Positions 1 to 10,228 of a stretch of DNA of 64,000 nt are shown here, one piece after another (the first letter of the stretch is position 1; the number at the start of each line of letters is the position of its first letter). The DNA is taken from contig JAJDTB010000015.1 of the NCBI GenBank assembly GCA_022827345.1, forward strand, positions 89,237 through 153,236. The letters run 5' to 3'. The position numbers were made by a program, and so were the translations under genes. This DNA is from Gemmatimonadota bacterium (lineage in GTDB: Bacteria > Gemmatimonadota > Gemmatimonadetes > Longimicrobiales > Gaopeijiaceae). The notes below the pieces were generated by a model. The model saw nothing but the letters and a program-made list of their open reading frames with translations, did no database searches and had not been told where the DNA came from.

Positions 1-118
1 GATCCGGCGTGATCAGCACCGTCCTGGCGCCAAGGCGCGCGGAGGCGGCGGCGGCCTCCGTCCCGGCGTGGCCACCGCCCACGACCACCACATCGTAACT
101 CAGTCGCAAGCCGCTCAT
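1..118 (-). CDS. mnmG: MnmG (GidA) tRNA uridine 5-carboxymethylaminomethyl modification enzyme, N-terminal fragment running off the window edge
   Basis: Reverse-strand translation from the ATG at 118 gives [39 protein letters not shown], matching the FAD-binding GGGHAG-EAA N-terminus of MnmG. The start shares an ATGA overlap with the mnmE stop. Not in the ORF track because it is truncated. Confidence 0.85.
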   Translation of the reverse strand, partial: MSGLRLSYDVVVVGGGHAGTEAAAASARLGARTVLITPD

Positions 119-1488
119 TTCCCTATGCAGAAGTCCCTGAACACCCGGTCCAGGACATCGTCCGTCGCCACCACGCCGAGGATCTCCTCGAGCGCGCTCT
201 CCGCCGTTTTCAGGTGCGCCGACGCGAATTCCGCCGGGACACCGCCTGCCAGCGCCTCACCGAACCCGGCTATCTCGGCCCTCGCTCTCCTCAAAAGATC
301 CGCCTGGCGGCGCCTCGTCACCACCGGCACCTCGTCGCGGCTCTCGACCACCCCCTGAAACACCAGGTCGCGAAGGACGTCGCCCAGGGAATCGAGGCCA
401 TCGCCGGACACCACGGACACGGTCACTTCGGACGGGTCCGCCTTCCAGCATCCGGGAGCCAGATCCCACTTCGTGCAGACCCGCACCACCGGGCAGGACA
501 GCGACTGGACGAACCCATCCTCCTCCTCGCTCATCCCGTGGCCCGCTTCCCGGCAGTACAGAACCACATCGGCCGCCGCCAGGTACCGGTGCGCGATCTC
601 GATCCCCAACCGCTCCACCTGGTTCGAACTGCTGCGGAGTCCCGCCGTATCCACCAGCCGAAAGGGGAAGCCGTCGATCGACACGACCGCCTCGATCGCG
701 TCGCGCGTCGTCCCCGCCTCGGCGGTCACTATGGCGCGCTCGATTCCCACTAACGCGTTGAACAGACTGGACTTACCGGAATTCGGGCGCCCTGCTAGAA
801 CCGCCACCGCCCCCTCCCGCAACAGTTCGCCGGCCGGAGCGGTCGCGAGAAGGCGATCCATCTTCGCCGCCACGCTTCCGGCGCGCGCGACGATCGTGTC
901 GATGGGCGTCGGCGCCTCGTCCTCCTCGGGGAAATCGATGTGCTGGACCAGGAGCGCGGACAGCCCGATGACCTCGCCGCGCAGGTCGGCGATGCGCTCG
1001 CCCAACCCCCTCTCGAGCTGGTGCAGCGCCACGGCTCGCCCCTTCGGCGAATTCGCGGCCACCACATCCCCCACCGCCTCCGCCTGCGTCAGGTCGAGCT
1101 TTCCGTTCAGGTACGCGCGCTGCGTGAACTCGCCGGCGCGAGCCCGGCGCGCCCCCAGGCCGACGCAGGCATCCACCACGGCCGCCGGGATGGAGATGCC
1201 GCCGTGCGTGGCGATCTCCACCACATCCTCTCCGGTGTAGCTGCCCGGCGCCGCGAACAGCGTCACCAGCGCATGGTCCAGGGCCTCACCCGAGCCTGGG
1301 CGATGGAGCACGCGGAGCCTGCTGGAGCGTTCGGGCCAATCCGCCATCGCGACCCCGCCGCACCGCATCAGGCCGCCGGCGATCTCCCGGGCCCCCGGTC
1401 CGGAGAGGCGGACGACCGCCACCGCGCCCACACCCGGCGGCGTGGCCAGCGCAACGATGGTGTCGAGGAGGGCGCCCGACCGGTCCAT
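115..1488 (-). CDS. mnmE: tRNA modification GTPase MnmE (TrmE)
   Basis: 457 aa. N-terminus is [22 protein letters not shown], the G-domain has [14 protein letters not shown] and DTAG, and the C-terminus ends in the hallmark CIGK. Sits next to mnmG and yidC. Confidence 0.95.
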   Translation of the reverse strand: MDRSGALLDTIVALATPPGVGAVAVVRLSGPGAREIAGGLMRCGGVAMADWPERSSRLRVLHRPGSGEALDHALVTLFAAPGSYTGEDVVEIATHGGISIPAAVVDACVGLGARRARAGEFTQRAYLNGKLDLTQAEAVGDVVAANSPKGRAVALHQLERGLGERIADLRGEVIGLSALLVQHIDFPEEDEAPTPIDTIVARAGSVAAKMDRLLATAPAGELLREGAVAVLAGRPNSGKSSLFNALVGIERAIVTAEAGTTRDAIEAVVSIDGFPFRLVDTAGLRSSSNQVERLGIEIAHRYLAAADVVLYCREAGHGMSEEEDGFVQSLSCPVVRVCTKWDLAPGCWKADPSEVTVSVVSGDGLDSLGDVLRDLVFQGVVESRDEVPVVTRRRQADLLRRARAEIAGFGEALAGGVPAEFASAHLKTAESALEEILGVVATDDVLDRVFRDFCIGK

Positions 1489-1501
1489 GCCACAGCCCGC
1501 G

Positions 1502-3190
1502 TCAGGTCGGACGCTTGAGCGGCCCCGCTGCCTGCATCCTCTTGCGCTCCTTCCCGATGAGGATCTGCTGCGGGATGGAGGCGAGGTTCATGGTGGCGTA
1601 GTAGAGGTTCAGCCCCGACGGGAAACGCCAGAAGAGGACGAGCATCAGCGCCGGCATCATGTACAGCATCATCTTCATCTGCGGATTCGCCGTGTTGCCC
1701 GAGATCTTCATCGTCAGCAGCTGCGTCAGGTACAAACTCGCGGCCATGGCGACCGGCAGGATGTAGAAGGGGTCCCGGGACGACAGATCGGGCAGCCACA
1801 TGAAGGGCACGCCGCGCATTTCGATGGTGTTCTGGAAGACGAAGAACAGGGCGATCAGCAGCGGGAACGGGATCAGCATCGGGACGCAGCCCGACAGCGG
1901 GTTGATCTTGTGCTCCTTGTAGAGCTTCATCGTCTCCTGCTGCATCCGCTGCGGGTCCTGCTTGTACTTCTGCTTGATCTCCTCCGCGAAGGGCTGCAGC
2001 GCCATCATCTTCACCTGCGACAGCATCATCTTGCGGTTGAGCGGCCACATTACGACCCGCAGAAGGACCCCCATCGCGACCAGGACCCACCCGTAGGACA
2101 GGAAGAGGCTCTCGTGCATGAACCGCACGAGCCAGAGGACGATGCCGACGAAGGGGCGGATGACCGGCCGCATGAAGCGCCAGCCGTACGGGTTGACCTC
2201 TTCCAGGTCGTCGCCGATCGCGACCAGGCGCTCCCGCTCGATCGGCCCCAGGTAGGCGCGGTAGGTATAGTTGCCGGCGTCCGAGAGGGGTGTCCCCACG
2301 CTGATCCGGAGCGGCCCGCCCATCGTGCCCGGCTCGACCCTGATCCCGGCCAGGAAGTCGGCCCCTCCGCCGGAGCCGTCGCCCGGGAGGAGCACTTCGA
2401 CGAAGTACTTGCTCTTGACCGCCGCCCACCGGAGCGGCCCTTCCATGATCTCGGGCTCGTCGACGCGCGACAGGGGGCGCGAGCGGATGCCGTCGTCGAT
2501 GTGGTTGCCGGAGTAGGCCATCATCGGGCGGTCGTCCGACTCGCGCAGCTCGTTGACCGGGATCCCCTGCCCGAGGTCGACGAAGAGCGCCGCGCGATCG
2601 ATGGCCGGCAGCGATCCGTCCACCTGCACGATGTACGAATCGGCGGTGAAGGTGTACCGGATTTCGCTGAAGAACTGGCCGCCCGGGTAGTCGTAGCGGA
2701 AGGTCAGCGTGCGGGGGCCGCCGCCTGCGGCAATCCGGAGACCGTCTTCGGGGCTGACCGTGTACTGGTAGTTCGCGAGGTCGAAGGTCTCCCCGCCGCT
2801 GCCGGCCACCCACATGCCGCGAAGGATGTCCTCGCCCGGAGGCACCAGTTGCACGGGCCCGTCGCGGGTGAACGACTCGTAGCCCAGCAGCTCGATCGAC
2901 CGCGCCACCCCGCCGTAGTTGGAAAAGACGATTCGGTAGAGGGGGGTTTCCACCGTGACCAGCTGCTCGAGCACATCGTCGGTGGGCTGCACGGGCGCGG
3001 CGGGTTCCTGAGCCTCGTCGGGACCGGGGGGTACCGGGGGAGGCGTCTGGCTCGTCTCTTCGGCCGGCTCCGTGGCGACCTCGCCCTCCGGCGGCGCTTC
3101 GGGGCGGATCGGCGGAAACAGCATTTCCGTCAGCACGAAGACGCCGATCATCAGCGTCAGCGCCAGAAAGAACCTGAGCTCGGGCCTCAT
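1502..3190 (-). CDS. yidC: membrane protein insertase YidC
   Basis: Start moved inside the listed ORF to [20 protein letters not shown] (N-terminal TM segment). The C-terminal multi-TM region ([26 protein letters not shown]) is YidC/Oxa1-like. Position in the conserved rnpA-yidD-yidC order supports the call. Confidence 0.9.
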   Translation of the reverse strand: MRPELRFFLALTLMIGVFVLTEMLFPPIRPEAPPEGEVATEPAEETSQTPPPVPPGPDEAQEPAAPVQPTDDVLEQLVTVETPLYRIVFSNYGGVARSIELLGYESFTRDGPVQLVPPGEDILRGMWVAGSGGETFDLANYQYTVSPEDGLRIAAGGGPRTLTFRYDYPGGQFFSEIRYTFTADSYIVQVDGSLPAIDRAALFVDLGQGIPVNELRESDDRPMMAYSGNHIDDGIRSRPLSRVDEPEIMEGPLRWAAVKSKYFVEVLLPGDGSGGGADFLAGIRVEPGTMGGPLRISVGTPLSDAGNYTYRAYLGPIERERLVAIGDDLEEVNPYGWRFMRPVIRPFVGIVLWLVRFMHESLFLSYGWVLVAMGVLLRVVMWPLNRKMMLSQVKMMALQPFAEEIKQKYKQDPQRMQQETMKLYKEHKINPLSGCVPMLIPFPLLIALFFVFQNTIEMRGVPFMWLPDLSSRDPFYILPVAMAASLYLTQLLTMKISGNTANPQMKMMLYMMPALMLVLFWRFPSGLNLYYATMNLASIPQQILIGKERKRMQAAGPLKRPT

Positions 3191-3414
3191 GACTCCGTTC
3201 GCTCCGGCACCGGGTCGAACCCGCATCCGCCCCATGGGTGACATCGCCCGATGCGTTTCATGCCCAGCCACACTCCCCTGACCGGCCCGTGCGTCTCGAT
3301 CGCGACGCGGGTGTATTCGGAGCAGGTGGGCAGGTAACGGCAGGCGGGAGGCAGTAGTCCGGAGATACAGACCTGATAGAACCGGATCATCCCGGTCATC
3401 ACGAATCGGAGCAT
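3187..3414 (-). CDS. yidD: membrane protein insertion efficiency factor YidD
   Basis: [69 protein letters not shown] carries the YidD motifs (C-R-Y-P-TCSEY and RC-P). The stop shares an ATGA overlap with the yidC start. Confidence 0.9.
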   Translation of the reverse strand: MLRFVMTGMIRFYQVCISGLLPPACRYLPTCSEYTRVAIETHGPVRGVWLGMKRIGRCHPWGGCGFDPVPERTES

Positions 3415-3788
3415 GCGGCCTCCACGGCAGCGGACATTTCGCACTCAAGCTGTTCATACGTTGCCCGGTAGGCCGGTGTTCTGATCCGCACCAGAACATC
3501 CATGCCGCATCCGCGCTCCTCGAGGCCCGTCAACACCCTCCGGCGGCCGATTGCACGCACTCTCCGCTTGAGCAGATTCCTGTCCACGATGCGAAAGCCC
3601 AGCTTCGGCACCACCCAGCCGATCCGGGGCCTGGAATGGGTCGCGGGACGGAAATACAGGTCCAGCGACCGGGTCCGACTGCGGCGCCCCTCCCTGAACA
3701 TCCGCCGGATCTCGGAGCCGCGGCGGATTCGCGCCGCCCGGGGCAGCCGCTCGCGGACCGGCGCCGCGCGGCCGCTCGCGTCAGTCAC
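3399..3788 (-). CDS. rnpA: ribonuclease P protein component RnpA (start assigned to a GTG at 3788; start uncertain)
   Basis: The [33 protein letters not shown]...[19 protein letters not shown] pattern is typical of RnpA. Lies immediately downstream of rpmH. Confidence 0.8.
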   Translation of the reverse strand: MTDASGRAAPVRERLPRAARIRRGSEIRRMFREGRRSRTRSLDLYFRPATHSRPRIGWVVPKLGFRIVDRNLLKRRVRAIGRRRVLTGLEERGCGMDVLVRIRTPAYRATYEQLECEMSAAVEAACSDS

Positions 3789-3796
3789 CGGGTTGC

Positions 3797-3955
3797 CTAC
3801 CGGCCGTTCTTGGATCCGATGCGGACCGTAAGGGACCAGCGCCCCCGCCGCCGCCGGCGATTCAGCGTCGCGCGGCCTGCCTTCGTGCTCATGCGTGAAC
3901 GGAACCCGTGCTTGTTGAGACGCTTCCGATTCCGCGGCCTGTATGTCGGTTTCAT
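3797..3955 (-). CDS. rpmH: 50S ribosomal protein L34
   Basis: Hand translation gives [52 protein letters not shown] (52 aa), a canonical L34. Absent from the ORF track because of its length. Divergent from dnaA. Confidence 0.9.
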   Translation of the reverse strand: MKPTYRPRNRKRLNKHGFRSRMSTKAGRATLNRRRRRGRWSLTVRIGSKNGR

Positions 3956-4110
3956 GTCTTCCAGTCCCTCTTCCAGAAGGGCGGACCTTGCGCCCCGGTC
4001 GAATGGTCACAGCCTTTTAAGGTATCTGTGCTCGGCGACCCTGGTCAACCATCAATCCTGTCCAACGGCACCCGCGGTCGAAACAGGGTCCCCATTCGCG
4101 TGAATCCCGG

Positions 4111-4139
4111 TTGACTTCGTGCCCCCCGGGGCCTAGCTT
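4111..4139 (+). promoter_or_regulatory. sigma-70-like promoter candidate upstream of dnaA
   Basis: TTGACT (4111-4116), 17-nt spacer, TAGCTT (4134-4139), about 25 nt upstream of the dnaA start. Confidence 0.4.
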
Positions 4140-4160
4140 GGCGCCCCGTTACTCCCCACA

Positions 4161-5567
4161 TTGCTACGGATGGAACCAGGCGTCACAGATCTTTGGGAGC
4201 AGATTCTCGAGCAGGCCAGGGCCGGTCTGCCCGAGCAGAGTTTTTACACCTGGCTGACCAGCGCCAGCCCCGTGTCGCTGGCTGACGGGGTGCTCCACAT
4301 CGAAGCGCCCAGCCGCTTTCATGCCGAGTGGCTCGAAGACAAGTACGGCGCGATGGTGGACGACATCGCCAGCAGCATCGTGGGGTATCCGGTTTCGCTC
4401 CGGGTCACCTCGTCCGGGGCGGCGCCGGCGCGCAGCACCCCCGACCTTTCGGTAGCGCCCATCGTCGAGCCGCCGTCTCAACCTGCGACGCCCGACGCAA
4501 CCGCGCGCGCCGCGCCGAACGGAACGCGGACACCACCCGCTTCCGGGCTGAACCCGGACTACACCTTCGACAGGTTCATCGTCGGCGAGAACAGTGAACT
4601 GGCGCACGCCGCCAGTCGATCCGTGGCCGAGCTTCCGGCCCGCAGCTACAACCCGCTCTTCCTCTACGGTGCGACCGGCCTCGGCAAGACCCACCTCATG
4701 CAGGCGATCGCGCACGGTATGCTGCAGACCGGGACGACGACCAACGTCGGCTACATCCCGGCCGAACAGTTCGTCAACGAGATGGTAACCGCGATCTACC
4801 GGAACAGCACCGACGCGTTTCGGGCCCGGTATCGCTCGTACGACCTGCTGCTGGTGGATGACGTACAGTTTCTGAGGCGCAAGGAGCACACGCAGGAGGA
4901 GTTCTTTCACACCTTCAACGTGCTGTACAACGGCGATCGCCAGATCGTCCTCACGAGCGACCGCGAGCCGAAGGATCTCGAAGGATTGGAGGAACGGCTG
5001 GTGTCGCGCTTCGAGTGGGGCCTCGTGGCCGGCATCGGGCGCCCCAATTTCGAGACCCGCATCGCGATCCTGCGGCAGAAGGCCGGTGAGGAGGGTGTCT
5101 CGCTGCCCTTCGAGGTCCTCGAGCTCATCGCCCGCGCCTGTCGTTCTTCCGTGCGGGAACTGGAAGGGGCCATCATCAAGCTGCTTGCCTTTTCCTCCCT
5201 GACGGGTCAGGACGTAACGGCACGCCTCGCGCGAACCACCCTGACCGGGAACGGCGATGTGCGGGCGCACACGCCCCTGGATCCGGAAAGCATCCGCGAG
5301 AGCGTCGCCGATGCCTGGGGAGTCACCACCAAAGCGCTGATGTCGCGGCGCCGCTCGCAGAACATCGTCGTGCCGCGGCAGGTGGCGATGTTCCTGATTC
5401 GGGAGCTGCTGGAAATACCCCTCACCGGGATCGGCCGCTATTTCGGCGGCCGCGACCACTCCACGGTGATCTACTCCATCCGCAAGGTCGAGAAGCAGAT
5501 TGCCAGCGACGACACGTTTCGAGGCCGCGTCGAGGCCCTGCGCAAGCAGCTCGTGGCTGCCGCGTGA
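4161..5567 (+). CDS. dnaA: chromosomal replication initiator DnaA (alternative ATG start at 4170)
   Basis: 468 aa. N-terminus is LWEQILEQARAGLPEQSFYTWL. AAA+ Walker A is GATGLGKTHLMQAI, Walker B is LLLVDDVQFL, and domain IV has VVPRQVAMFLIRELL...DHSTVIYSIRKV. Confidence 0.97.
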   Translation: MLRMEPGVTDLWEQILEQARAGLPEQSFYTWLTSASPVSLADGVLHIEAPSRFHAEWLEDKYGAMVDDIASSIVGYPVSLRVTSSGAAPARSTPDLSVAPIVEPPSQPATPDATARAAPNGTRTPPASGLNPDYTFDRFIVGENSELAHAASRSVAELPARSYNPLFLYGATGLGKTHLMQAIAHGMLQTGTTTNVGYIPAEQFVNEMVTAIYRNSTDAFRARYRSYDLLLVDDVQFLRRKEHTQEEFFHTFNVLYNGDRQIVLTSDREPKDLEGLEERLVSRFEWGLVAGIGRPNFETRIAILRQKAGEEGVSLPFEVLELIARACRSSVRELEGAIIKLLAFSSLTGQDVTARLARTTLTGNGDVRAHTPLDPESIRESVADAWGVTTKALMSRRRSQNIVVPRQVAMFLIRELLEIPLTGIGRYFGGRDHSTVIYSIRKVEKQIASDDTFRGRVEALRKQLVAAA

Positions 5568-5881
5568 CCCAGCCCTGGAGACTGCCGCTTCGGCCGCAGG
5601 TGGATAATGTGGAAAACCTTGTGGATAAGCCCCTGAAATCCGTTGGCTTTCCACAATCGGCGCTCTCCGGGTGGCAAAAGGGCCGGGCTATCCAGATATT
5701 CCCACATGCCCCCCCGTCATCTGTTCCCGTTGGGAATCAATGCTGAAGAGCGTTTCCGCCGCTCTCTGTCCACTTTTTCCACAGTCTTTATGATGACGAC
5801 TATATCTTTCTCTATTACTAATTCAAGAGAGGACCATCGGGGTCCGCAGGTTCCCACAGGTCGTTCCAACAGGCGTACTTC
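5568..5881. other. oriC candidate: DnaA-box cluster plus AT-rich unwinding element in the dnaA-dnaN spacer
   Basis: One perfect DnaA box on the reverse strand: TGTGGATAA at 5620-5628, which equals TTATCCACA. Three one-mismatch boxes: GGTGGATAA at 5599-5607, TGTGGAAAA at 5608-5616, TTTTCCACA at 5775-5783. TTTCCACA occurs at 5648-5655. The stretch 5784-5830 (GTCTTTATGATGACGACTATATCTTTCTCTATTACTAATTCAAG) is strikingly AT-rich for this genome. Confidence 0.7.
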
Positions 5882-6985
5882 ATGATACTGACCATCACCC
5901 GCCAGAACCTCCACCAGGGCCTGGCCGCGGTCTCCGCGAGCATCCCGACCAAGACGACACTGCCCGTTCTGTCGAACGTCCTTCTGGAAGCCGAAGACAA
6001 CGCTCTCTGGGTGAGCGGCACCGATCTCGACGTTTCCATTCGCGTACGGGTGGCCGCCGACGTGAAACAGGCCGGCGCAATCACGGCGCCGGGCCGAAAG
6101 CTGCAGGAACTCACGCGCGAACTCCCGGACCAGCCGGTGGACCTCGGGGTGAAGGGACACCAGCTGGAGATCGGGTGCGGCTACAGCCGGTTCAAGCTCA
6201 ACGGACTCGCCAGCGAGGAGTTCCCGAACTTCCCGGCGATCGACTTCGAAGAGGGCTGGACGGTGTCCGAGGAATCGCTTCGGAACCTCATCCAGGCTAC
6301 GGCATTCGCCGTGTCCAACGAGGAGAGCCGGCCGATTCTGAACGGCGTGCTCTGGGAGCTGGAGGAATCCGGCATGAGCATGGTGGCGACCAATGGTCAC
6401 CGCCTCGCCAGAATGAGCGTCGAGGCGGGGTCGGCCAGCGCGGGCACCGCCGATTTCATCGTTCCTCCGTCGGCGCTCGCGCAGGTCGAACGGCTCTTCG
6501 ACGGTGACGGGGAACTGACCGTGGCGCGCGGCGGAAACTACCTCGGGTTCCGGTCGGAGACGAGGGAGGTCTACACCCGCCTGATCGATGGCAAGTACCC
6601 GAACTACGACCAGGTGATTCCAAAGGGGAACGACAAGACTGCGCGCATCGACAAGGCGGCCATGGAGGCCTCGGTGCGGCGGATGGCGGTGGTGGCGAGT
6701 GATCAGACGCACCGCATCAGGCTCTCCTTCGAGCAGGACAAGGTGCACCTCGACGCAAAAACACCCGATCTGGGCGAGGCGCACGACGAACTGGAACTGG
6801 ATTACCAGGGCGAGAGCCTCGAGATCGGCTTCAACGCCAACTACCTGCTGGAGGTGCTGAGGAACATGCCCGACGGCGAAGTGACATTCAGTTTCATGAC
6901 CTCCGAGCGGGCTGCGATTGTCGAGCCTGGCGACGCGGAGCTGGACTACCTGTGCCTTATCATGCCGCTGCGACTCGTCGACTGA
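5882..6985 (+). CDS. dnaN: DNA polymerase III beta sliding clamp
   Basis: 367 aa. MILTITRQNLHQGLAAVSASIPTKTTLPVLSNVLLEAEDNALWVSGTDLDVSIRV is a typical DnaN N-terminus, and the C-terminus ends YLCLIMPLRL. Confidence 0.97.
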   Translation: MILTITRQNLHQGLAAVSASIPTKTTLPVLSNVLLEAEDNALWVSGTDLDVSIRVRVAADVKQAGAITAPGRKLQELTRELPDQPVDLGVKGHQLEIGCGYSRFKLNGLASEEFPNFPAIDFEEGWTVSEESLRNLIQATAFAVSNEESRPILNGVLWELEESGMSMVATNGHRLARMSVEAGSASAGTADFIVPPSALAQVERLFDGDGELTVARGGNYLGFRSETREVYTRLIDGKYPNYDQVIPKGNDKTARIDKAAMEASVRRMAVVASDQTHRIRLSFEQDKVHLDAKTPDLGEAHDELELDYQGESLEIGFNANYLLEVLRNMPDGEVTFSFMTSERAAIVEPGDAELDYLCLIMPLRLVD

Positions 6986-7119
6986 GCGGCTGCACCCGGG
7001 AGTGCGGCGCGGCTGGCGGTCCATGGGACGGGTACGCGCTGCTTTCGCGCGACGGCGATCGCTCCGCGCCCGCTGTCGCAGTGCTCACACGCCTGGGCGA
7101 TGTCGTGGGACGGGTCCGG

Positions 7120-7662
7120 TCAGACGAGGTCTTTCGCGGCAAAAACCGCGCGCAGGTCGAAACCGGCGCCGCGCAGCAGCTCCCTGCCACCCTCTTCCCG
7201 ATCCACCAGAGCCAGCACCCCCACGACGATCGCCCCATGGCGCACGACGACCTGCACGGATGCGAGGAGGCTGCCGCCGGACGTGACCGTATCGTCGACA
7301 ACGACGACCTTCGCTCCAGCGGGAAGCCCGCCTTCGATCTGCCTCCCGGTGCCGTGACCCTTCGGCTCCTTGCGCACGGTGAACGCATCGAGGGTGCGGC
7401 CGGACCGGGTAGCGTGATTGGCGATCGCGTAGGCGACCGGGTCGGCGCCCAGGGTCATGCCCCCCACGAAGTCGGGCTCCCAACCGGCCTCCTGGATGGC
7501 GCGCCAGCAGACATCACCGACCAGCACCTGGCCCTCGCCGCACATGGTCGTGAGGCGGGCGTCGACGTAGTAGCGCGAACGCCGGCCGCTGGCGAGTGTA
7601 AAGTCTCCTGACTTGATGCTTCGCTCGGCGAGGAGCCTGCGCAGACGGGATTTGGAGGACAT
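7120..7662 (-). CDS. pyrE: orotate phosphoribosyltransferase
   Basis: Start at MSSKSRLRRLLAERSIKSGDFTLASGRRSRYYVD. The PRPP-binding loop is VVVVDDTVTSGGS. Confidence 0.9.
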   Translation of the reverse strand: MSSKSRLRRLLAERSIKSGDFTLASGRRSRYYVDARLTTMCGEGQVLVGDVCWRAIQEAGWEPDFVGGMTLGADPVAYAIANHATRSGRTLDAFTVRKEPKGHGTGRQIEGGLPAGAKVVVVDDTVTSGGSLLASVQVVVRHGAIVVGVLALVDREEGGRELLRGAGFDLRAVFAAKDLV

Positions 7663-8719
7663 GACGATGAAAAGATACATCGAGGACAGAGAAGTGGGAA
7701 GGGACCGGCACTACCGCCAATATACGCTAACTGCAAGTCTGACCGTTGCTTGCATCCTGCTCAGCGGGTGCGATATAACGGGGATCGGGAGCGGTCTGCT
7801 ACGCTTTGGACAGTCCGGTGAGGTGCGGGTTACCGTCGAGACGCCCCTGCACCTGGAACGCGGATGGCTGAAGCAGGAGATCACCTGGAGGTCGGACGGC
7901 GGCTGGGAGATCCGGGAGGAAATCGGCTATCAGGGCATCGTAGGGGAGCAGGACCGCCGGCCCAATCCCGGACTGCCGGTGATCTATGCCGGCGACTACG
8001 CGACCCTGATCCAGTCGCTCAATGACGACGACCGGCAGAATCTCGTGGGTTACTCCGAACTCGACCTGGTGAAGGATCCCGAGTGCGGTCCGGGGACAAG
8101 CCGGGTAGGCGTGCGAATCAGCGACAGCCGACGGAGGCAGACCCAGGAATGGATCCGGTGCGCATCGGGCACGTTCGCTACGCTGACCACGCAGGGGTCC
8201 GGGCCCGACGTGGCGGCCGCGCGCGTGGTGCAGGCTGTGATCACGGTCAGGAACTACACGGTGGGCGAGGATTTCAGGTCGGTGTACGTCGGCAGTCTCC
8301 CCTTTGCCACGATCGACAAGGGTACCGAAACCAGGTGGACCGATGACGAACCCATCGTATTCCGGGCGCCGGACGCAGCGGCGACCCGGGAGACGCAGGC
8401 CGCGCTGACGGAATTCTGGCGGGGTCACACGGGGCAACCGGACGCTACCGTGCCGGAGATCGACTGGGAGCAGGAGATGGTGCTGGTGGGGCTGATCGGC
8501 CAGCGCGAGGAGGTCGGGGACTCGGCCGAGATCAGAGGGGTGGTGACCGTGGCCGACGGAACCAAGATCGAACTCTGGGAGCGCGTACCGGGGGACTTCT
8601 GCGCGCCCACCCGACAGGTCGTCTGGCCCTTTCACATCGTCGTCGCACCCAGGGCTCCGGCTCCCGTCGAGTTTGCGGACGAAGTCAAGCGGGATCTGGT
8701 GCCCTGCGGCACCTCCTGA
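7661..8719 (+). CDS. hypothetical lipoprotein
   Basis: Lipobox-like LTVACILLSGC about 35 aa from the first in-frame ATG (MTMKRY...). I recognised no other motif. Confidence 0.55.
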   Translation: MTMKRYIEDREVGRDRHYRQYTLTASLTVACILLSGCDITGIGSGLLRFGQSGEVRVTVETPLHLERGWLKQEITWRSDGGWEIREEIGYQGIVGEQDRRPNPGLPVIYAGDYATLIQSLNDDDRQNLVGYSELDLVKDPECGPGTSRVGVRISDSRRRQTQEWIRCASGTFATLTTQGSGPDVAAARVVQAVITVRNYTVGEDFRSVYVGSLPFATIDKGTETRWTDDEPIVFRAPDAAATRETQAALTEFWRGHTGQPDATVPEIDWEQEMVLVGLIGQREEVGDSAEIRGVVTVADGTKIELWERVPGDFCAPTRQVVWPFHIVVAPRAPAPVEFADEVKRDLVPCGTS

Positions 8720-8743
8720 CCCCGACCCCATGAGGGCCGCCCC

Positions 8744-10225
8744 GTGAGTCTGCGCAACCGGTTTACGATCCTCTTCGTGGCGTTCGCCATCCTCGCGACG
8801 GCCCTGGAAGGGCTGCTTTCGTGGAGCGCCGCCAGCCGATACCTGGAGGAATCGCTCGATCAGCGCCTCGTCGACATAGCGGGCGTTGCCGCCGACCTGA
8901 AACTGAAGGACGAGCTGCCCTTCCTTCTCCTCCTGGGGAGCGACGAGGAGAGCGACGAGCTGTGGCGGACCTATCAGGAAACGCTGCAACGCCTCACCCG
9001 CCAACATGTGGACCGGGCCGACATCTTCCGCTGGACACCCGGTGACCGCGCGGCGACGGCGATCGTGACGACCGCGCCGCCCGACTCCATGGGCATCGGT
9101 CAGGAGCTGAGCTGGGTGCAGCCGTACCTCACCACCGCGGTGACCCAGGCTTCGCAGGAAGGCCACGCGACCACCGAGTTCTTCGATGGCCTGGACGGCC
9201 GATCCTACAAGTACGGGATCCTGGATCTCGGACAGGACGCATTTCTGGGAGTGCTGATCCCCGCGGACCACCTTGAACCGCTCGACAACCTCCGCCTGAC
9301 GGTTGTGATCGTGTCGGCCAGCGCCGCCGTACTGGCCGCAATCATAGGGTGGAGCCTCGCCGGCGGGATCGTGGCGCGCCTGCAGTCGCTCAGCCGGGCC
9401 GCGCTACGCATTCAGAGAGGGTGGATGGACCGCCCGGTGACGCTGGAGGGCGAGGATGAACTCGGGCGTCTGGCGCGGGCCATGGAGCGGATGCGGTCGG
9501 GGATTCAGAGGAGGGACGAGCAGATGCGCCTCATGCTGTCACAGGTGGCGCATGAGATCCGCAACCCGCTCGGAGGACTGGAGCTGTTTTCCGCGGCGGC
9601 GATGGACACCGACGATCCCGTGGAGCGGCGCCGCATTCTGGAGAGGGTGAGGAGGGAAGTCGTCGGCCTCAACGGGATTATCGACGAGTTCCTGGGATTC
9701 GCCCGGCCCGGTGACAGCGAACCGGTGCTGCACGACTTGCGGGCGCCCGTGCGCGAGGCCGCGGCCCTTGCCGAGGTCGAGCTGGAAAAGAAGGGGGGAG
9801 CGCTTCACATGGAGCTTCCCGCCGTGCCCGTGCTCGCCCTGGCGGACCCGCTGCAGGTGAAGCGGCTGATTCTGAATCTCTTGCGCAACGCCGCGCAGGC
9901 GGGAACGGAGGTGTGGGTGACGGTGGCCCTGGTCCGCGGTGAGGTGCGCATCGTCATCCGCGACAACGGGCCGGGCATCCCCGCCGAAATGCGGGACCGG
10001 GTCTTCGAGCCCTTCGTCGGCGACAAGGAACAGGGTGCCGGGCTGGGCCTGGCGATCGTGCGCAAGCTGGTCGAAGCGAACAACGGCCGGGTCGAGCTTG
10101 CGGAACGGCAGGCGGCGGAAGGTGAAACGGTTGGGATTGGCGCCGAATTCAACGTATACTTCGGGGGCCTCGAGGACCTGCCGGCGGATGGGGTTGAGCG
10201 GCAGGTCGAGGGGGGAGGGAGGTAA
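8744..10225 (+). CDS. sensor histidine kinase (periplasmic sensor, HAMP, HisKA, HATPase_c)
   Basis: Two TM segments. H-box is SQVAHEIRNPLGGL, N-box is LNLLRNAAQA, G1 is RDNGPGIP and G2 is GAGLGLAIVRKLV. Confidence 0.9.
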   Translation: MSLRNRFTILFVAFAILATALEGLLSWSAASRYLEESLDQRLVDIAGVAADLKLKDELPFLLLLGSDEESDELWRTYQETLQRLTRQHVDRADIFRWTPGDRAATAIVTTAPPDSMGIGQELSWVQPYLTTAVTQASQEGHATTEFFDGLDGRSYKYGILDLGQDAFLGVLIPADHLEPLDNLRLTVVIVSASAAVLAAIIGWSLAGGIVARLQSLSRAALRIQRGWMDRPVTLEGEDELGRLARAMERMRSGIQRRDEQMRLMLSQVAHEIRNPLGGLELFSAAAMDTDDPVERRRILERVRREVVGLNGIIDEFLGFARPGDSEPVLHDLRAPVREAAALAEVELEKKGGALHMELPAVPVLALADPLQVKRLILNLLRNAAQAGTEVWVTVALVRGEVRIVIRDNGPGIPAEMRDRVFEPFVGDKEQGAGLGLAIVRKLVEANNGRVELAERQAAEGETVGIGAEFNVYFGGLEDLPADGVERQVEGGGR

Positions 10226-10228
10226 TCG

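Noticed and set aside
1368-3241. Long ORFs (481 and 599 aa) overlapping yidC on both strands
   Set aside because: They are R/P/G/A-rich with no motifs and are fully nested in a gene that has clear family signatures. They are typical GC-driven shadow ORFs.
4164-5654. 496-aa ORF antisense to dnaA
   Set aside because: A shadow ORF of a high-GC gene. dnaA on the plus strand is unambiguous.
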